The position numbers and the translations under genes are program-made. From contig CM052823.1 of assembly GCA_028534125.1 (NCBI GenBank), forward strand, positions 1,116,001 to 1,180,000: a stretch of DNA of 64,000 nucleotides, given 5' to 3'. A model generated the notes under the pieces. The model made no database searches. It was not told the origin of the DNA and saw only the letters and a list, made by a program, of their open reading frames with translations. Below, piece by piece: positions 13,925 to 26,410 of the stretch. This stretch comes from Lama glama (lineage: Eukaryota). Positions within the stretch are counted from its first letter, which is position 1, and each line of letters starts with the position of its first letter.

Positions 13925-14233
13925 CAGGCAGACCCCGGAGATACTTCGGATTCAGTCCAGATCACCATGACAAAGCGAGTGTTGAAATAAAGTGAATCAC
14001 GTGAATTCTTTGGCGTCACAACTATAAAAGTTATGCTCACACAATACTGTAGTCTAGTAAGTGTGCAAGAACATCGCGTCTTAAAAAATTTTAACACTAA
14101 AAAACAGCATCGGTTGAAACATAACGCTGCTGGGAAAATGGCACCGACAGACCGGCTCAAAGCAGGGCTGCCCCAAATCCTCGGGCTGTGAGAAGCGCAC
14201 AGTAAAGCAAAGCACGGCGAAACAAGGGGCCCG
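13925..14233. mobile_element. Internally deleted Tigger1-type (TcMar) DNA transposon
   Basis: Starts CAGGCAGACCCCGGAGATA..., contains TATAAAAGTTATGCTCACACAATACTGTAGTCTAGTAAGTGTGCAA, and ends ...GGAAAATGGCACCGACAGAC...AAAGCAAAGCACGGCGAAACAAGGGGCCCG. Both ends resemble the Tigger1 termini. Confidence 0.8.
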
Positions 14234-17200
14234 GGCCGCCCCACGCGCCCCAGGCAGACCAGGTCGGATGAAAGCGTGGCCCGGCCAGGCCGCGCCTTGC
14301 CACTGCCTGATGTACGGGCTTTCCTCCGGTGGGGGCTGGGGGCCTCTGAAGTGCCCGGCGTGTCTGGTCCCAATTAGCGGACACCCCCACACCCTCCTGC
14401 TCCCCTGTGGGAAATTCACTGCGGACCCCAGGGAGCTCTGCGGAGGTGGGGGGCAGGCACGGGACACGCTGCGGGAACCCCACCCGGGTCGCCCACGGGC
14501 CACAGGTGGAATGCAGACGCCCTGCCCCCGCCACGCAGGGCTCAGACAGGCCTGCTGCCACTCCATCATCCCTGCCTGTTTTCCAGGCCCAGCTCTGATT
14601 ATCCTGGTTTTTCCACTCAGCGGGAGGCAGCTAATGGTGGGCTGGTGTGAGGGGAAGGAAGTGCTGCCTGCTACAGCCATTAACCCGACTTGAAAGGCGG
14701 CCCAGACCCCGCCCGGCCCCCAGGCCCCACAGCCCATTGTTCTGGGGCCTCTGCCTGTCTTGGGGACCTTGGGCCTCTGGGGAGCCACTCCCTCCAGGAA
14801 GCCGGGAGTGCAAGGGATGGGGGGGCTCCTGACTGACCTGGGCCCACACCAGAACCAGACCCCCACCACACCCCCAAAGATGTCCCTGCCCACCCCCCTC
14901 CCCCAGCTCGTCAGGCAGAGTTCAGGTGGCGGCTGTCAGGGAGGCCTCAGCCACCCGCCCGCCCACCACCCAGGCCTAGGGCTCTGAGCATCCAAGCCCC
15001 ATGTGGGAACAGCAGGGGTCTGCTCTGAGGAGGGGGAGCCCTCCAAGCTCAAGCACTCCTCTCACAGGGAGACAAGCCCAGGACCGCCTGATCACCAGCT
15101 CAGCAAGCCAGGTGCAGGGGCTTACAAGCCCGTGGGCCTCCAGGCCATGGTCTCCCCTGAGTCCCACTTCACAAGCTCCCAGAAGGTTCGGGGCCCCAAC
15201 ACACCCGGGCCCCACCCCACGGCCAAAGCCTACTTTGGGAGCCAAGCACCCCTCCCAGCACTGGCAGCCAAGCTCACCTCTCGGGGGACCCTCACCACCT
15301 TCACTGCGGAGGTGACGATGCTGCAGGCCCAGCAGATCCCCCAGGCCTAGGGGTCTCCGGGTGTGGCGGGGGCCACCTCTCCAATTTCTGCCTGGTATCA
15401 CACACCTGAGATGGCAGAGGCCGGCCAGGAGGAGAGACCCACCTGGGGTGACCACACAGAGACTGCAGTGGGCCCTGAGCCCCTCAGGCAGGCCAGGCAG
15501 CAGAGGCTGGGCCAGCTCAGGGGCCAGGAACAGGGCAGCGGCAAGGAACGCTCACTGTGGTCGTCCAGTCAGAACCCCGCCCCACAGCCTGCAGACCAGC
15601 AAGCCCTGGGCAAGACAGACCTAGAGTCAGGGTCCAGCACCCTGGCCCAGCATTCAGGGCTCCAGGGAGGGGGGCTTCTCCCAGGATGGGCACCCTGGGC
15701 CCCAGAAGGTAAGGGACGAGAGCATCTTCCACACCACCTGCTGCCCCTCCCCAAGCGCAAGCCAACAACCCTCAGACCCCAGCACAGAGGGCAGCTGGGG
15801 AAGGCCCAGGAGGAACAAGTCGCCCTTCCCTGAGGCCAGTGCCCTCTCCCAGCCGTGGGACAGCTCCTGGCAGCTGCAGGGAGGGCTCAAGCCCCCAAGA
15901 GGTCACGGCCCCAGTTTCCAGAATTTTAATCCCCGAAAGCCCCAGCCACCATGAGGCCTAGAGCCCACCCCTCCCGTCCAGAGCCCAGCGCCTTTAGACA
16001 GGAATCACCCTGCTGCAAAATAGTACTTTCAATTTCCTCTTTATGGTCTAATTAAACAGATATTTTACTTGCATTTGGAAAACGTTTTTCTTAATTTGAT
16101 TCAATTTAGCACTGCATACCCAGCACACCACCTGGGTTTTCGGGGGCCTTCCCCCACTTAAGAATGATGGCTTTTTATCTTCCGTCGTGTTTCTGGGATC
16201 TCTGAGTTACTTTAAGTAATCCTTCTATTTTCTCCTAAGAGGGAGCCCTAGAGGGGCTTCACCGGGGGAGCTGCCCCACCGTCACCACCAGGGGAGGCTT
16301 CCCCAGGGTCCAGGAAGGCCAGGCTCACCCCTGGGGCAGGGCGGGAGCTGACCAGACCCCCCGCAGAGGCTTCCATGGGAGAAAGTGAGAAGGGGGTCTA
16401 CTCCCCAATTCAGAAAAGCCCCCAGACCTCAGGGCTGTGAGAAGACCCTCTCTGAGCCCCCATCATCCTGTCTTTCAAAAGGGGGCCCCAGCACCCACTG
16501 GCAGGGTGGCTGGGAGAGCGCCCAGGACCAGAGCCCAGCCTGGAGGAGCGCGTGAGGCCAGCCACACTGTCAGGAGTGGCCTGCAGGCAGCTGAGCGCGT
16601 CCAGTCCTGCCTTCTCTCCACAAACAAAGCGCACTGGGCCCTGACCCCGGGCAGCCACGTTTCCGGAGTTGACAACAGGTCCAGGAAGGGACCCCGGCTG
16701 CCGGGCTGGGCGCTGCCCTCTCAGGCTGACATTCCGAGGTCGCGTGCAGCCTGGCAGGATGGAGCTGGGGGGCTCAGTTTTCCAGCCCCACCTTGGCTGC
16801 CCCAGGCCCTCCCACCTGCCAGGCTCCTCTCTGGGGGCGGAACCCCTAGCCCGAGGCCCCTCCCACCCACATCTGCTGGGTCCAGTGGGAAGACCTGGAG
16901 ACCCTCTTCCCCAGCCCAATCCTCCCTAGCCTGCCGGCCAGGGCACTGCAGACATCCCATCCTGCAGGCCTGCAGTTCTGAGGCCCCATAGCTGACCCAG
17001 GGGGAGGGGCAAGGGGATGGGGGCCACAGCCTGGCCACCCAGCACTGCCCGGCACCCGTCCCCAAGGCCCTGCGCCAGGCGCCAGCCAGCTGGGCAGCTT
17101 GGGGCACACACAAGTTCATTGAGACCTCTTCCCCTCAATGGCCTCCCTGTCCTCTGCCAATGCCACACAGAATGGGGGAGGGGGCCAGGGGGCTAAAGGC

Positions 17201-20200
17201 CAGCCAGACAGGATGGCCTCAGTGGAAGGGGCCAATAGACAAGCAGCTTCATCGGGACCTGAAGCTCACCCAGACACGGCGTTCAGTCCACTGTCCCATT
17301 CTGGGTCAGGGCACAGAATCTGTGGACCTCGGCTTCCTCATCTGAGCAACAGGGCAACAGCAGATTCTCACCACCAGGGCGGGGCACACCACACCCTGCA
17401 GGCCCAGCACCACTCCGGGGGCTGAGCCCAGCAAAGGGGCAGGTGCAGAAGCAGAATGGAGCCCCTGTCCCTCAGCTGGCCTCAGGCGTCCCAAGTTCTC
17501 CTGCTGGGAACCTCTGTACGCAGGTGGCCCCAGACCTGTCCCCGACTACCAACCCCTTCCAATGAGTCTTCCAGGAGAATCAAGACTACAGCTTTATATT
17601 AAAGGACTCTCCAGAACACCGCAGGCCCCAACCTCTGCTCCTGGGCTGGAGCACAACTGCTCTCTACCACACCTCCCCACCTATGACCGCATCCTAGCTT
17701 CCCCCTAGCCTGGCACCCCAAGACACAGTCTCCACAAGTGCTCAAAGCACCCCCATCCTGGAGCTCTCGATGCTCCCACCATCTCTGTGGGTCTAATTCT
17801 AGCCCGGATCAAATGCCATCTCCTCCAGGAGGCCCTCCTCGATTCCCCTTCCCAGAGCCTTCCCTCCCAGGATCCATAGCACTTTGGTTAAGAGCACAAA
17901 CTTTGGAGTGGGAGAAACCAGGGTGAGAGGCCTTGAGCAAGTCCCCCACACCCTTGTGTCTACTATTTCTGCCCTGCCACGCAGGGCGGTGGAGCTGAGG
18001 ACGTAATTGCCCAGAGGCCTGCTGACTGGCTGATGGCACTGTCTCTCCTGGGGAAGGCCGGCTCTGCCCACTTCCTGCAGCACAATCCCGCCAGCCAGGT
18101 AGGCCGGAGGAATGCAGGGATAAACATCGGGCCCAGCCTGGCCACCCTGGATGCCCACCCTGAAGCTCCTGTCCAGGCCTCAGAAGCATCCAGGGAGGGG
18201 AGAGGTTCCACTCCCCACAGCACAAACCCTGCTGATAATCCAGCAGAGGGGACAGATGGCAGGTGGGTTGGGCCCCTGGCATACCTCGAGATCCAACACC
18301 CAGGCACACCATGGCCCGGCAGCCCCAGGCCGCCTGCTGGCCGGCTGTACTGGCCCAAGTGCCCTTGGAGCGCCAGGCACCCAGCCCCTGGGAACTACCT
18401 CACTCGTTGGCTGCCGTGAGTGTGCTCCCTTTACAGACCAAGGCTCAGAGACACTAAGACACTTGGCTCAGGCCACACAGCTTGGGTGCAGAGCTGGGGC
18501 TTAAAGTGTAGGGGCATGGACCAAAGAAAGGGGCCTCAGGGATGAGACCGGGGGTCTGCGCTAAGCTACAGGCAGCCGCTGGGCGGGGCCAAGCCTAAAG
18601 GGCTCCCGACAACCCCTCAGGTTTCAGAGAGGCCACAGGTGTGGGGCTGGCAAGGGCTCCAGGAGGCAGAGCTGGGCTGTGGCCGTGCACCGAGGCTGTG
18701 GAGGACGGGGACGGGGAGCGTAGGCTCAGGCAGCTCAGAGGGAGCCGGCCCTGCAGACCACGACCCCGTGCAGGGCACGGGGCAGGGCCCACACCGGGCA
18801 TGCTCCACCCGGAAACAGGCAGTGGCCCAGGCCAGCATTCATCATGCAGGGTCAGACGTGAGTGCACACGGAGGTGTAATAACATCCACCCGAGGCTGGA
18901 TGCAGCAGGCGCAGAGCAGCCTAGCGCGGGGCCGTGCAGGACTATAAACCTGCCAGCCCTAGGCACCCAGCTGAGCCCACTCACCCCTGCCCCAGCCCAG
19001 CCCCCACCGCCTGAAATGCCACCAAGGGACAGGGACGGGACCAGATGAGGCCAGGGAACCCTCCCACAGAGCACCAGGAACCCTGACATCCACGTGGTCC
19101 CTCAACCACAAAACACAACACCAGCAGTGAAAGTGCCCTTTATCCGGAGGGAGCAATGACCCTGTTCCCAGATGGGGAAGCTGAGGGCCTACCAAGGAGT
19201 GACCACACCACAGGAGGTGGTGCCCCCTACTCCCATCCTAACCAGGAGAGTCTCATCAGCCACGGTGTTCATCCAGCGGGAAGGGGGAAGCCACAGCTTG
19301 GGGATCAGGGGACCACCAGGGTGTGGCTCCCAGAGACACGGCCACCCAGGCTGGCTGCTACCAGCAACTTGACAGGGGACAGTCCAGCCTCAAATGCCAC
19401 TCCCCACTGCACAGGCTCCCTGTTCTGATGAAGCAGATGAGCAGACGGAGGCCAGACACGCCGACGGGACATTCAGTCCATTTTCACTCTATTTAGTTAT
19501 TCATACCTCACACCTCCTCACATAAAAACTGTGCGATGGCTTCCAGGAACGACACGGCATAAACTGAAAACAAAATCACATGGCTAGAGAAACCCACATT
19601 AGAACAAATAGAAGTGATCAGTTCCCAGAGACATGCTAGAAAGAGCTCTTCTGGTCAGCAGAAGCTGAAAAGTACATGTGCCATGAGTTTCCTGGCAGGC
19701 AAAGGAAAAAGGAAACTAGACTTTCCTTGCTATTTAAGACAAGAACCAGTTCTTCTGACTCCCAAGTATAAGATTCCTTCAGGACACTCAAGCGAAACTT
19801 GAGAAGGCCCCAGACTCACTCCTTTAATCCATCCTAAACCGAGACAAGCCCCCAGCAAGGCTCTGACCAGCCCAAGGTGCAGGGGTAACTGGAGCCTCCC
19901 TCCCTCCCTGAACCTCCACCTCTCAGCAGAGGGGCAACAAGACCAGTCACCACAACTCACACCCCTGCTCGGCCCCACCTCTGACCGCAGCTGGACTCCC
20001 CACAGGCAAACTCTGTCCTGCAAAGAGGCAGAGCTCCATACCCTAGACCCACAGCACCTGCATCCCAGCCAGCCCCCGGTGCCCCGCCCTCGCCCCCTGA
20101 AACCCCAGACCTGCAAGGACATAGAACAGGCACCAGGAGTCTGTGATTCCATCACAGGACCGAAGGAAATCCCCAGGGACAGCAGGGAACACCAGCTAGA

Positions 20201-21367
20201 CCACCATCTATCTAGGGAGGGGGGAGCCAGGGGAGGGTGGAGAGGGGTCAGCCAAGGTCTCGCAGAGGCCAGGTGGTGAGGCTAGGCTTGGGGGGATTGC
20301 CTCCTCCCTCCCTCCCTCTGCCTGGGCTCCATCCCACAGAGTAGCCTGGGAGCCTCAAGCCCCACAGATGGATCCCTTCCCAGCTGAGTCATCCAGTTCC
20401 CCGCCAGCTGGGAGAGTGCCCGGCAGACAGCCCCAGGGAGCACCCGCCCCACTCACACCTCCCTGGCTGCCTCTGGAGCCTGCCAACACCTGGCTCAGCT
20501 GAGGAACACTGCTGACGCCAGGTGCCCCGCCCTGTGGAGCCCTGAGGCAGACAGATATTGTGGCCCTGACCACCCCCCAGAAGCTGGTGGAGTTCAGGTC
20601 AGGCTCCAAACAGCATGGGGGGAGCAGGGGTCCAGGGAGTCTGACCCCAAGTGGCAAATGGGCTCAGCCCCTGCCCCAGCCAGGCCCACAGCCTGGTGGA
20701 GATGACAGATCCAGGACCCCACCATTGTACACCAGTGCAGTCAGAGCTGGGGGCTCTGGGGACAAAGGACCCCCACATCACGCAGGCTTCCTGGAGGCGA
20801 GACAGAGGAATGGACCACCACTGATAGGATCCACACCCCCGAGTCAGGCCCCAGAGAGAGGCCAGAGGGTTCTCTAGAAGCCTGGTGACATCACCCCAAG
20901 CTGTGCACGGGAGGAGAGCCCTTGGCCTCCCCAGTAGCCTTCAGACTTGTTGCCCAGCTTGGTGAAAAATGTGAACCGATGCTGGGGTTGCATGGGTGGG
21001 CAGGGGCCATGAGCAGTGGTTCTGGAATTTGCAGGGTTGGGGAGGACAAAACCCCCTGCCTGAGTGAGCCCGAGATTCACAAGAGAGAAATAGATCTGAA
21101 ACTTTGCCCCATCAGAGTGCTAATCAGTTCAATGCCAGGATCGACACGTCAAAGTCACAGTCCCGGAGAAGTCACCACCTATTCATGATACATCTGGGCA
21201 GCAGCTGGGGCGAACCCCCAAGCAGCATCCCCACCCCACTGCTGCTAGGAGCCTGGGGATTGCCATCCTCCCGAGGGGCGTCATCGGGAGGTTGAGGTGG
21301 GGAGGAGAGAGCCAGAATCCAGCCCAGCAGCCCCCAGGGTGAACACAGCAGGCTGTGGGAGGAAAAG

Positions 21368-21480
21368 CCTAGTCATTCAGTCATTCAACAAACATTTCAG
21401 GGGCACCCAGACCTCGTGGTGCCCTGACAGAGCTCCTAGCCTGGGGGTGGCACACTGAACACAGAGACCACCCAATGACC
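21368..21480 (-). mobile_element. L2 LINE 3' end fragment
   Basis: TCATTCAGTCATTCAACAAACATTT is the reverse of the L2 3' terminus. Confidence 0.6.
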
Positions 21481-24400
21481 AAGGGGTGTGGGAAGAGCTG
21501 AGAAAAGGTGGGGTCAGGTGGCAGCAGAGGTGGCCTCCCTGAGAAGGTGGAGATGTGGGGGAGGGGAAGCTCTCTGCACACAGAGGGGCCCCAGAGCTCT
21601 GCGCCCTGAAGTCAAAGTGGGGTCGGTCACCATGATCCAGACACCACAGCTGGAGCCTCGGGCAGCTCAGGCTGTGTGGTTCTGCCAATGAGCCTGGGAG
21701 GGATGAGGGCTGGGGGTCTGCAAAAAGGGTGCTGCAGTGAACAACCATGGGATGAAGAGGACCCTTGTGCCCAGGGGCTGCACCTTTCAGGGGGCCTCGG
21801 TTTGGCAGGGCCAAGCTGGGACAGCAGGACCCAGAACCATCCAGAGACCCTCCTGATGGAGCCAAGGTCCGATGAGTCCCCTCTGGCTGCCCGAAGAGTG
21901 GGCAGCGGTGGGTGGGCAAGCACTGGGAGCGGGGCAGGGTTGTGGACAATGAAAGGGGTCTGCAGGGACCCAGTGACCAGCATGCCTGAGGGGTCTGGGG
22001 CCTCAGGTTCTGAGTCAGGGGACAAGAGGGGCAGAGTGGTCAGTGGTGGCAGAAGAGGAAGGCCTGGCTTTGGCCTCAGGTGGGAGGCGCTGGGAGCCCC
22101 AGGCAGAGACTTCTCAGAGGCAGGGGCACAGGGAGAGCAGAGAAAGGATTTGGCAGGATTGCAGGGGTGGGAGTGAGGGGGTGGGGCGGAGCAAGGCATC
22201 TGCAGCAGGCCCGAGGGGAGTGACCCAAGGAGGCCGCAGGAGGACATCTGGGGAGGGTAGCTCCAGGCCACGCAGGGGTCCAGAAGGGGTTCCCAGAAGA
22301 TGAGGCCAGGGCCCCTGGTGAGAACAGAGAGTGGCTCAGCGGGGGACCAGAGGCCCAGCCTGGTAGCCCCTCCACACCCAGGCCCAGCACCCTTCGCGGT
22401 TCAGGCAGGACAGTCTCCTGGCAACAACCCAGCGGCAGAGCACGGCCCCTCCCCCACACCCCCGGGCACTGGAAATCAAAGATGGGGGAGGGCACAGTCC
22501 TAATCCCTGGGTGGGAACCACGCTCACCCCCACTGCCCAGACAGGGACACCGAGGCAGCTGCAGCGAGAAGGTACCAAAGGCAGCCGGGAAGAGGCGGGC
22601 CTCCCGCCCAGGCCACCAGATGGCTGAGCAGGCCTCCGACCGCCTGGGCACAGCATGACCCCCGAGACCACGCCCCAGCAAAAGCAACACGGCCTGAGGT
22701 GTACAGGCCGGCCTGCGCCACTGCCAGCCCCACACACCTGTGGAAGGGGTACAAAGTGGTCCCCAGTACAGAAAGGGAAACTGAGGCCACAAGTTTTCAT
22801 AAGCCAGCACGGAGTCCCGCAGCCGGAGCTGTCTGCCCCGGGGGGACGGCAGGCATCAGGCGCCGGCAGAGTGCCTGGGGCTGGCTGAAGACCGCTGTCC
22901 TCCACCCTCTCAAGCCTCCCTCTACACCTGAGACCAGGAAGAGACCCGGGAGGCAGAGGCCCCTAGGCCATCCTCACCTTGAGCCGTGGAGCCCAGCGGG
23001 CCACCTCCCTTCCCAGCCTCCCCAGATGCCACAAGCAGGAGACCAAGTGAGGTGACAGCAGCAAAGTTCTCTGTAAACTGTGGGGTGCTGACCCCACGAA
23101 GCTCATCTCCTCATGGTAAGAAACAAGCAAGGGCCCCCGGGGAAAACTCTAGAACACAGACTCTACACTCCAGTGGCCTGTCAGCCTCAGAGCAGAGCCC
23201 AGTGCCCCTGGACCATGGGCCAGACTGCCGGGAGCACCCACTGGGGCTCACCCAGAGCCGGTCACACACGGGGGCCTCCTGGCTGCCTCAGCGAGCTCTC
23301 CCTCCCAAAGCAGAAGCAGCTGTGTGTGCACATCCTGGGTACCACCTCCCCAGCCTTCCTTGATAGGATCTATGGGGCAGGCCGGCAGGTGAGGCTGTAG
23401 GCTGTGTGCCAATCAGCCAGGATGCTGGCGAAAGCCTGGGTATCATAGAACAATGAGGCCCATCAAGGTCCCAGGATTGCAGGCCCAACCACTGATGATG
23501 TCCCGTGGCCCAGATGGCTCAGCCCAAGGGCCTGAAGCCCCCTGGGCCCATTTCCATTCTCTGGAGAAACAGTGGATGAAGGGGCCTTCCCTCCCTCCCT
23601 CAGGCACAGCACCCTACAGGTTGGACAGCGCCCCCTAGAGGCTACCCCCAACTGACAAAGGAGGAAACAGAGCCGGGGAGAGGGCCAAAGCAAGGAACAA
23701 CGCATGAGACCCTCGTCTGCTGGGTGAGCAGGCCACTGCGTGACAGGGATGGCTGGGCAGGGGGTGAGCCTTCACCTGGCACTGAGGGGTACCCAGTGTC
23801 AAACGTCAAATTCCGGGGAGGCCAGGAGAGGTGGGTGGTGAGCACCGCAGGTGGTCCCGGGGCTTCCCTGATGAGCTGTCTGCAGGCAGAGACCATTGAG
23901 GCCTCCCAGATGAGGGCCCCCGAATCCACCAGCGACTGGTGTGACCTGCAGCTCTCTCCACCCAGCTCCCCTGTCCACCTGGTGGCCAGCCGGCCACATG
24001 TCCAGCACCACCAGGCAAAGCCCAGCTCAGTCACTAAAGCCCTCCTCTCTGGCCTCACTTTCCCCCAGTGGGGTAGCAAAAGCTCTGAACCAAAACACCC
24101 TTTTCTGGGGCCCTCCTGGTGCCTTTTCAACCAGATTCAAGCCATCTGCGGCACAGAGCTAGGCAAAGCTGCCCCCTGCTCAGAGAGCAGATGTGGGAGG
24201 GTCCAGCCCCACCCCAGGACAGGCCACAGGTCCTCTCCCCTGAACGCAGAGAGGAGGTGCCCAGAACACAAACTGGACTCACATGACCTCCCCACACCCC
24301 GCCCTGCCAGACACAGGGAACACCGTGGGACCCCAGGAGGCCAGGGTCTGGCCCAGACCGCATGGCCTCCTTGGAGAACTATATTTAGATTCAATGGGGA

Positions 24401-25193
24401 TTATTCGGACTTCCCAGGAATGCTTTCAGAAAGACTGAAGGTCAGGCGGGAAGGGCTTCCTCTGGAGACCCCCACCTTCCCAGGCTTTGCAAACTTCCAG
24501 GGAGCATTGTTCCCGGAACAATGGTCCCAGCTCCTCCCAAGCCCAGGGCAAGCCCACTGGCTGGAGAGTTCAGCAGAGCCCCCTCCCCAGGCAAACACCT
24601 TGCTGCTGGTGCTTAGAGCCTGGGGAACCCAGAGGCCCAGTCACTCAGTTCCCAGATGGGCAGCCACTGCCAGAATGGCAAAGCTCCAAGCTGTATCCCA
24701 CACACAACTCTCATCTGTGAAGCAGGAGGTGGAGGGAAGGGGCTCCCCTCACAGTAGCTGGCCCACCCGCTGGCCTTTCCAGCCCTCCTGCCCCAGGTGT
24801 GCAGTCTCCAGACACTTGGCTGGGGACCCAGGTGCCCCAAGGGCGACATCGCACCAGGTAACCTCTTGCTGCTGGCAAAGCAGGAGCGGTCCCTCCCAGG
24901 GCGGGGTCCCTGCCCCCTCCCTCTCCCTTCCCTCCCAAAGCAGACAGTGGTTCCAGCTGTAGGACATCTGCAGCAGAAACACCCGCCCAACCCTGCTCCA
25001 ATCAGACCTTGGGACCCTCTTAGGGTAAAATGCCCCGATTCACACAAGGTGTCGCAAATGGGGAAACCGAGGCCCAGAGAAGGGAAGGGATTGGCCAGAA
25101 ATCCTTGGAACCTCGCCTCCTTCCAGATCCCAAGGTCTCCTAAGTTCCAGCATGGGCCTCTGTCCCACGGCTGCCTGAGGAAGGGTCACTTAC

Positions 25194-25439
25194 CCGGAGG
25201 GATGTCCCGGGCCCGCTGACCAGCTTCCACGCTTGTCGCTTGAGCTCGGCGAGCTTCGTGTGGCAGTGGCGGCACCAGCCGCCTCCACCGGCCGAATGGC
25301 CCTGCTCTGCGCCTGCCCCGGCGCCCTCGGGCGCAGGGCGGCTGCCGCAGGGGTCCTGTTCTGGCCCGGCGGTCAGCCTCTTGCGGGGTGACCCCTCCAG
25401 CAGCCGCAGCGGCTCGCGGGCCGGGCCGCCCTCGGCTAC
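25194..25439 (-). CDS. KIF26A: KIF26A coding exon 2 ([10 protein letters not shown]...[28 protein letters not shown])
   Basis: Acceptor gcag|GTA, donor CGG|GTAAGT; 246 nt, phase 0/0. Translation matches recalled KIF26A. Confidence 0.95.
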
Positions 25440-25777
25440 CTGCGGGGGGTGGGGCGGAAAGGGACCGTGAGCCTGAGCCACTGGGCGGCGCCACCCAGGG
25501 ACCCAGCACCGGTGCCTCCAGACCTCAGAGCGACCCAGCACCAGAGTGACGCAATCGACAAAGTTAAGAGCGCTGGGCGCGAACCAGCCGCCCACCTTCT
25601 TCTTCCATCCCAGGTCTCGATTAGGTCCCCTACCCCAGCAGGAGGCTCGGCGCCACCCGCGCTCCGCTACAGGACGGGCCCCCAGGGCTCTGTGCATCCT
25701 CTGTGTCCCGGGCTCTGTCCCGGGCGGCCCGGCGGCTCCCAGCCGCCCGCCTCCCTCTCGGGCCCGGCCGCGCGTAC

Positions 25778-25819
25778 CGCGGGTTGCGCCGCGCACAGGG
25801 TAGCGCCACGGCTGCCCAT
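25778..25819 (-). CDS. KIF26A: KIF26A canonical first coding exon ([14 protein letters not shown])
   Basis: Strong Kozak gccATGG at 25819; 42 nt, then donor GCG|GTACGC. Resembles the recalled human start MVGRGVPLCAAQPA. Confidence 0.88.
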
Positions 25820-26295
25820 GGCCAGGACGTGGGAAGGACTTGGCGGTCGCTTCGGGGCCACTCGGGCTCTCCGGGGCGCCGTGGCTACGTGATCCTGTCC
25901 GGGGACGCCCCCATGACCCGGCCGGCCACTCCGAAGTTCGCGGCCCGGACGAGCGGCAGAGACCGCGCGGCGGTGGCGGCGGCGGCGGCGGCGGTCGGTC
26001 GGTCGCGCTGGGAGGCGAGGGCGGGGCCGGGGCGGGGCCGGGGACTCCGGGGGCGGGGCGGGGGCGGGGCTCCGGAGGGCTGTCGGGACCCGCCCAAGCC
26101 CTCGCTCAGCAGTGCTTGGGGGAGGGTGTCCTGCTTTTCCCCGTGGCTCCACCCACTCCGAGGCCCCCAACCTGTTAGGCGAGTCCCAGCGCAAGAGAGG
26201 AGCGCTGGGGGCCACGGTGAGAGAACCGGTACACGCGCGCGCATGCGCTTTCCTGCTCCGCTCCTGGGACTCTGGGACCTCCCGGGACATACCAA

Positions 26296-26410
26296 CCCAC
26301 TCCTCACTTTACAGGAGAGAAAACTAAGACCGCAGAGTGGAAGGTCTTTCCCAAGGTCACACAACAAAGTGGAAGGAAGAAGGGGCTGAACCCCAGCCCC
26401 TAGACTCCCA
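26296..26410 (-). mobile_element. MIR SINE fragment inside the KIF26A CpG island
   Basis: CACTTTACAGGAGAGAAAACTAAGAC...TTTCCCAAGGTCACACAAC core. Confidence 0.7.

Noticed and set aside
19470-19760. AT-rich intron segment as a novel element
   Set aside because: It resembles an ancient mammalian interspersed repeat. I cannot assign the family or any function without a search.
23724-24962. 412-aa plus-strand ORF in KIF26A intron 2
   Set aside because: Non-ATG start, no recognisable domain, and Pro/Ser/Gly-rich composition expected by chance in GC-rich DNA.
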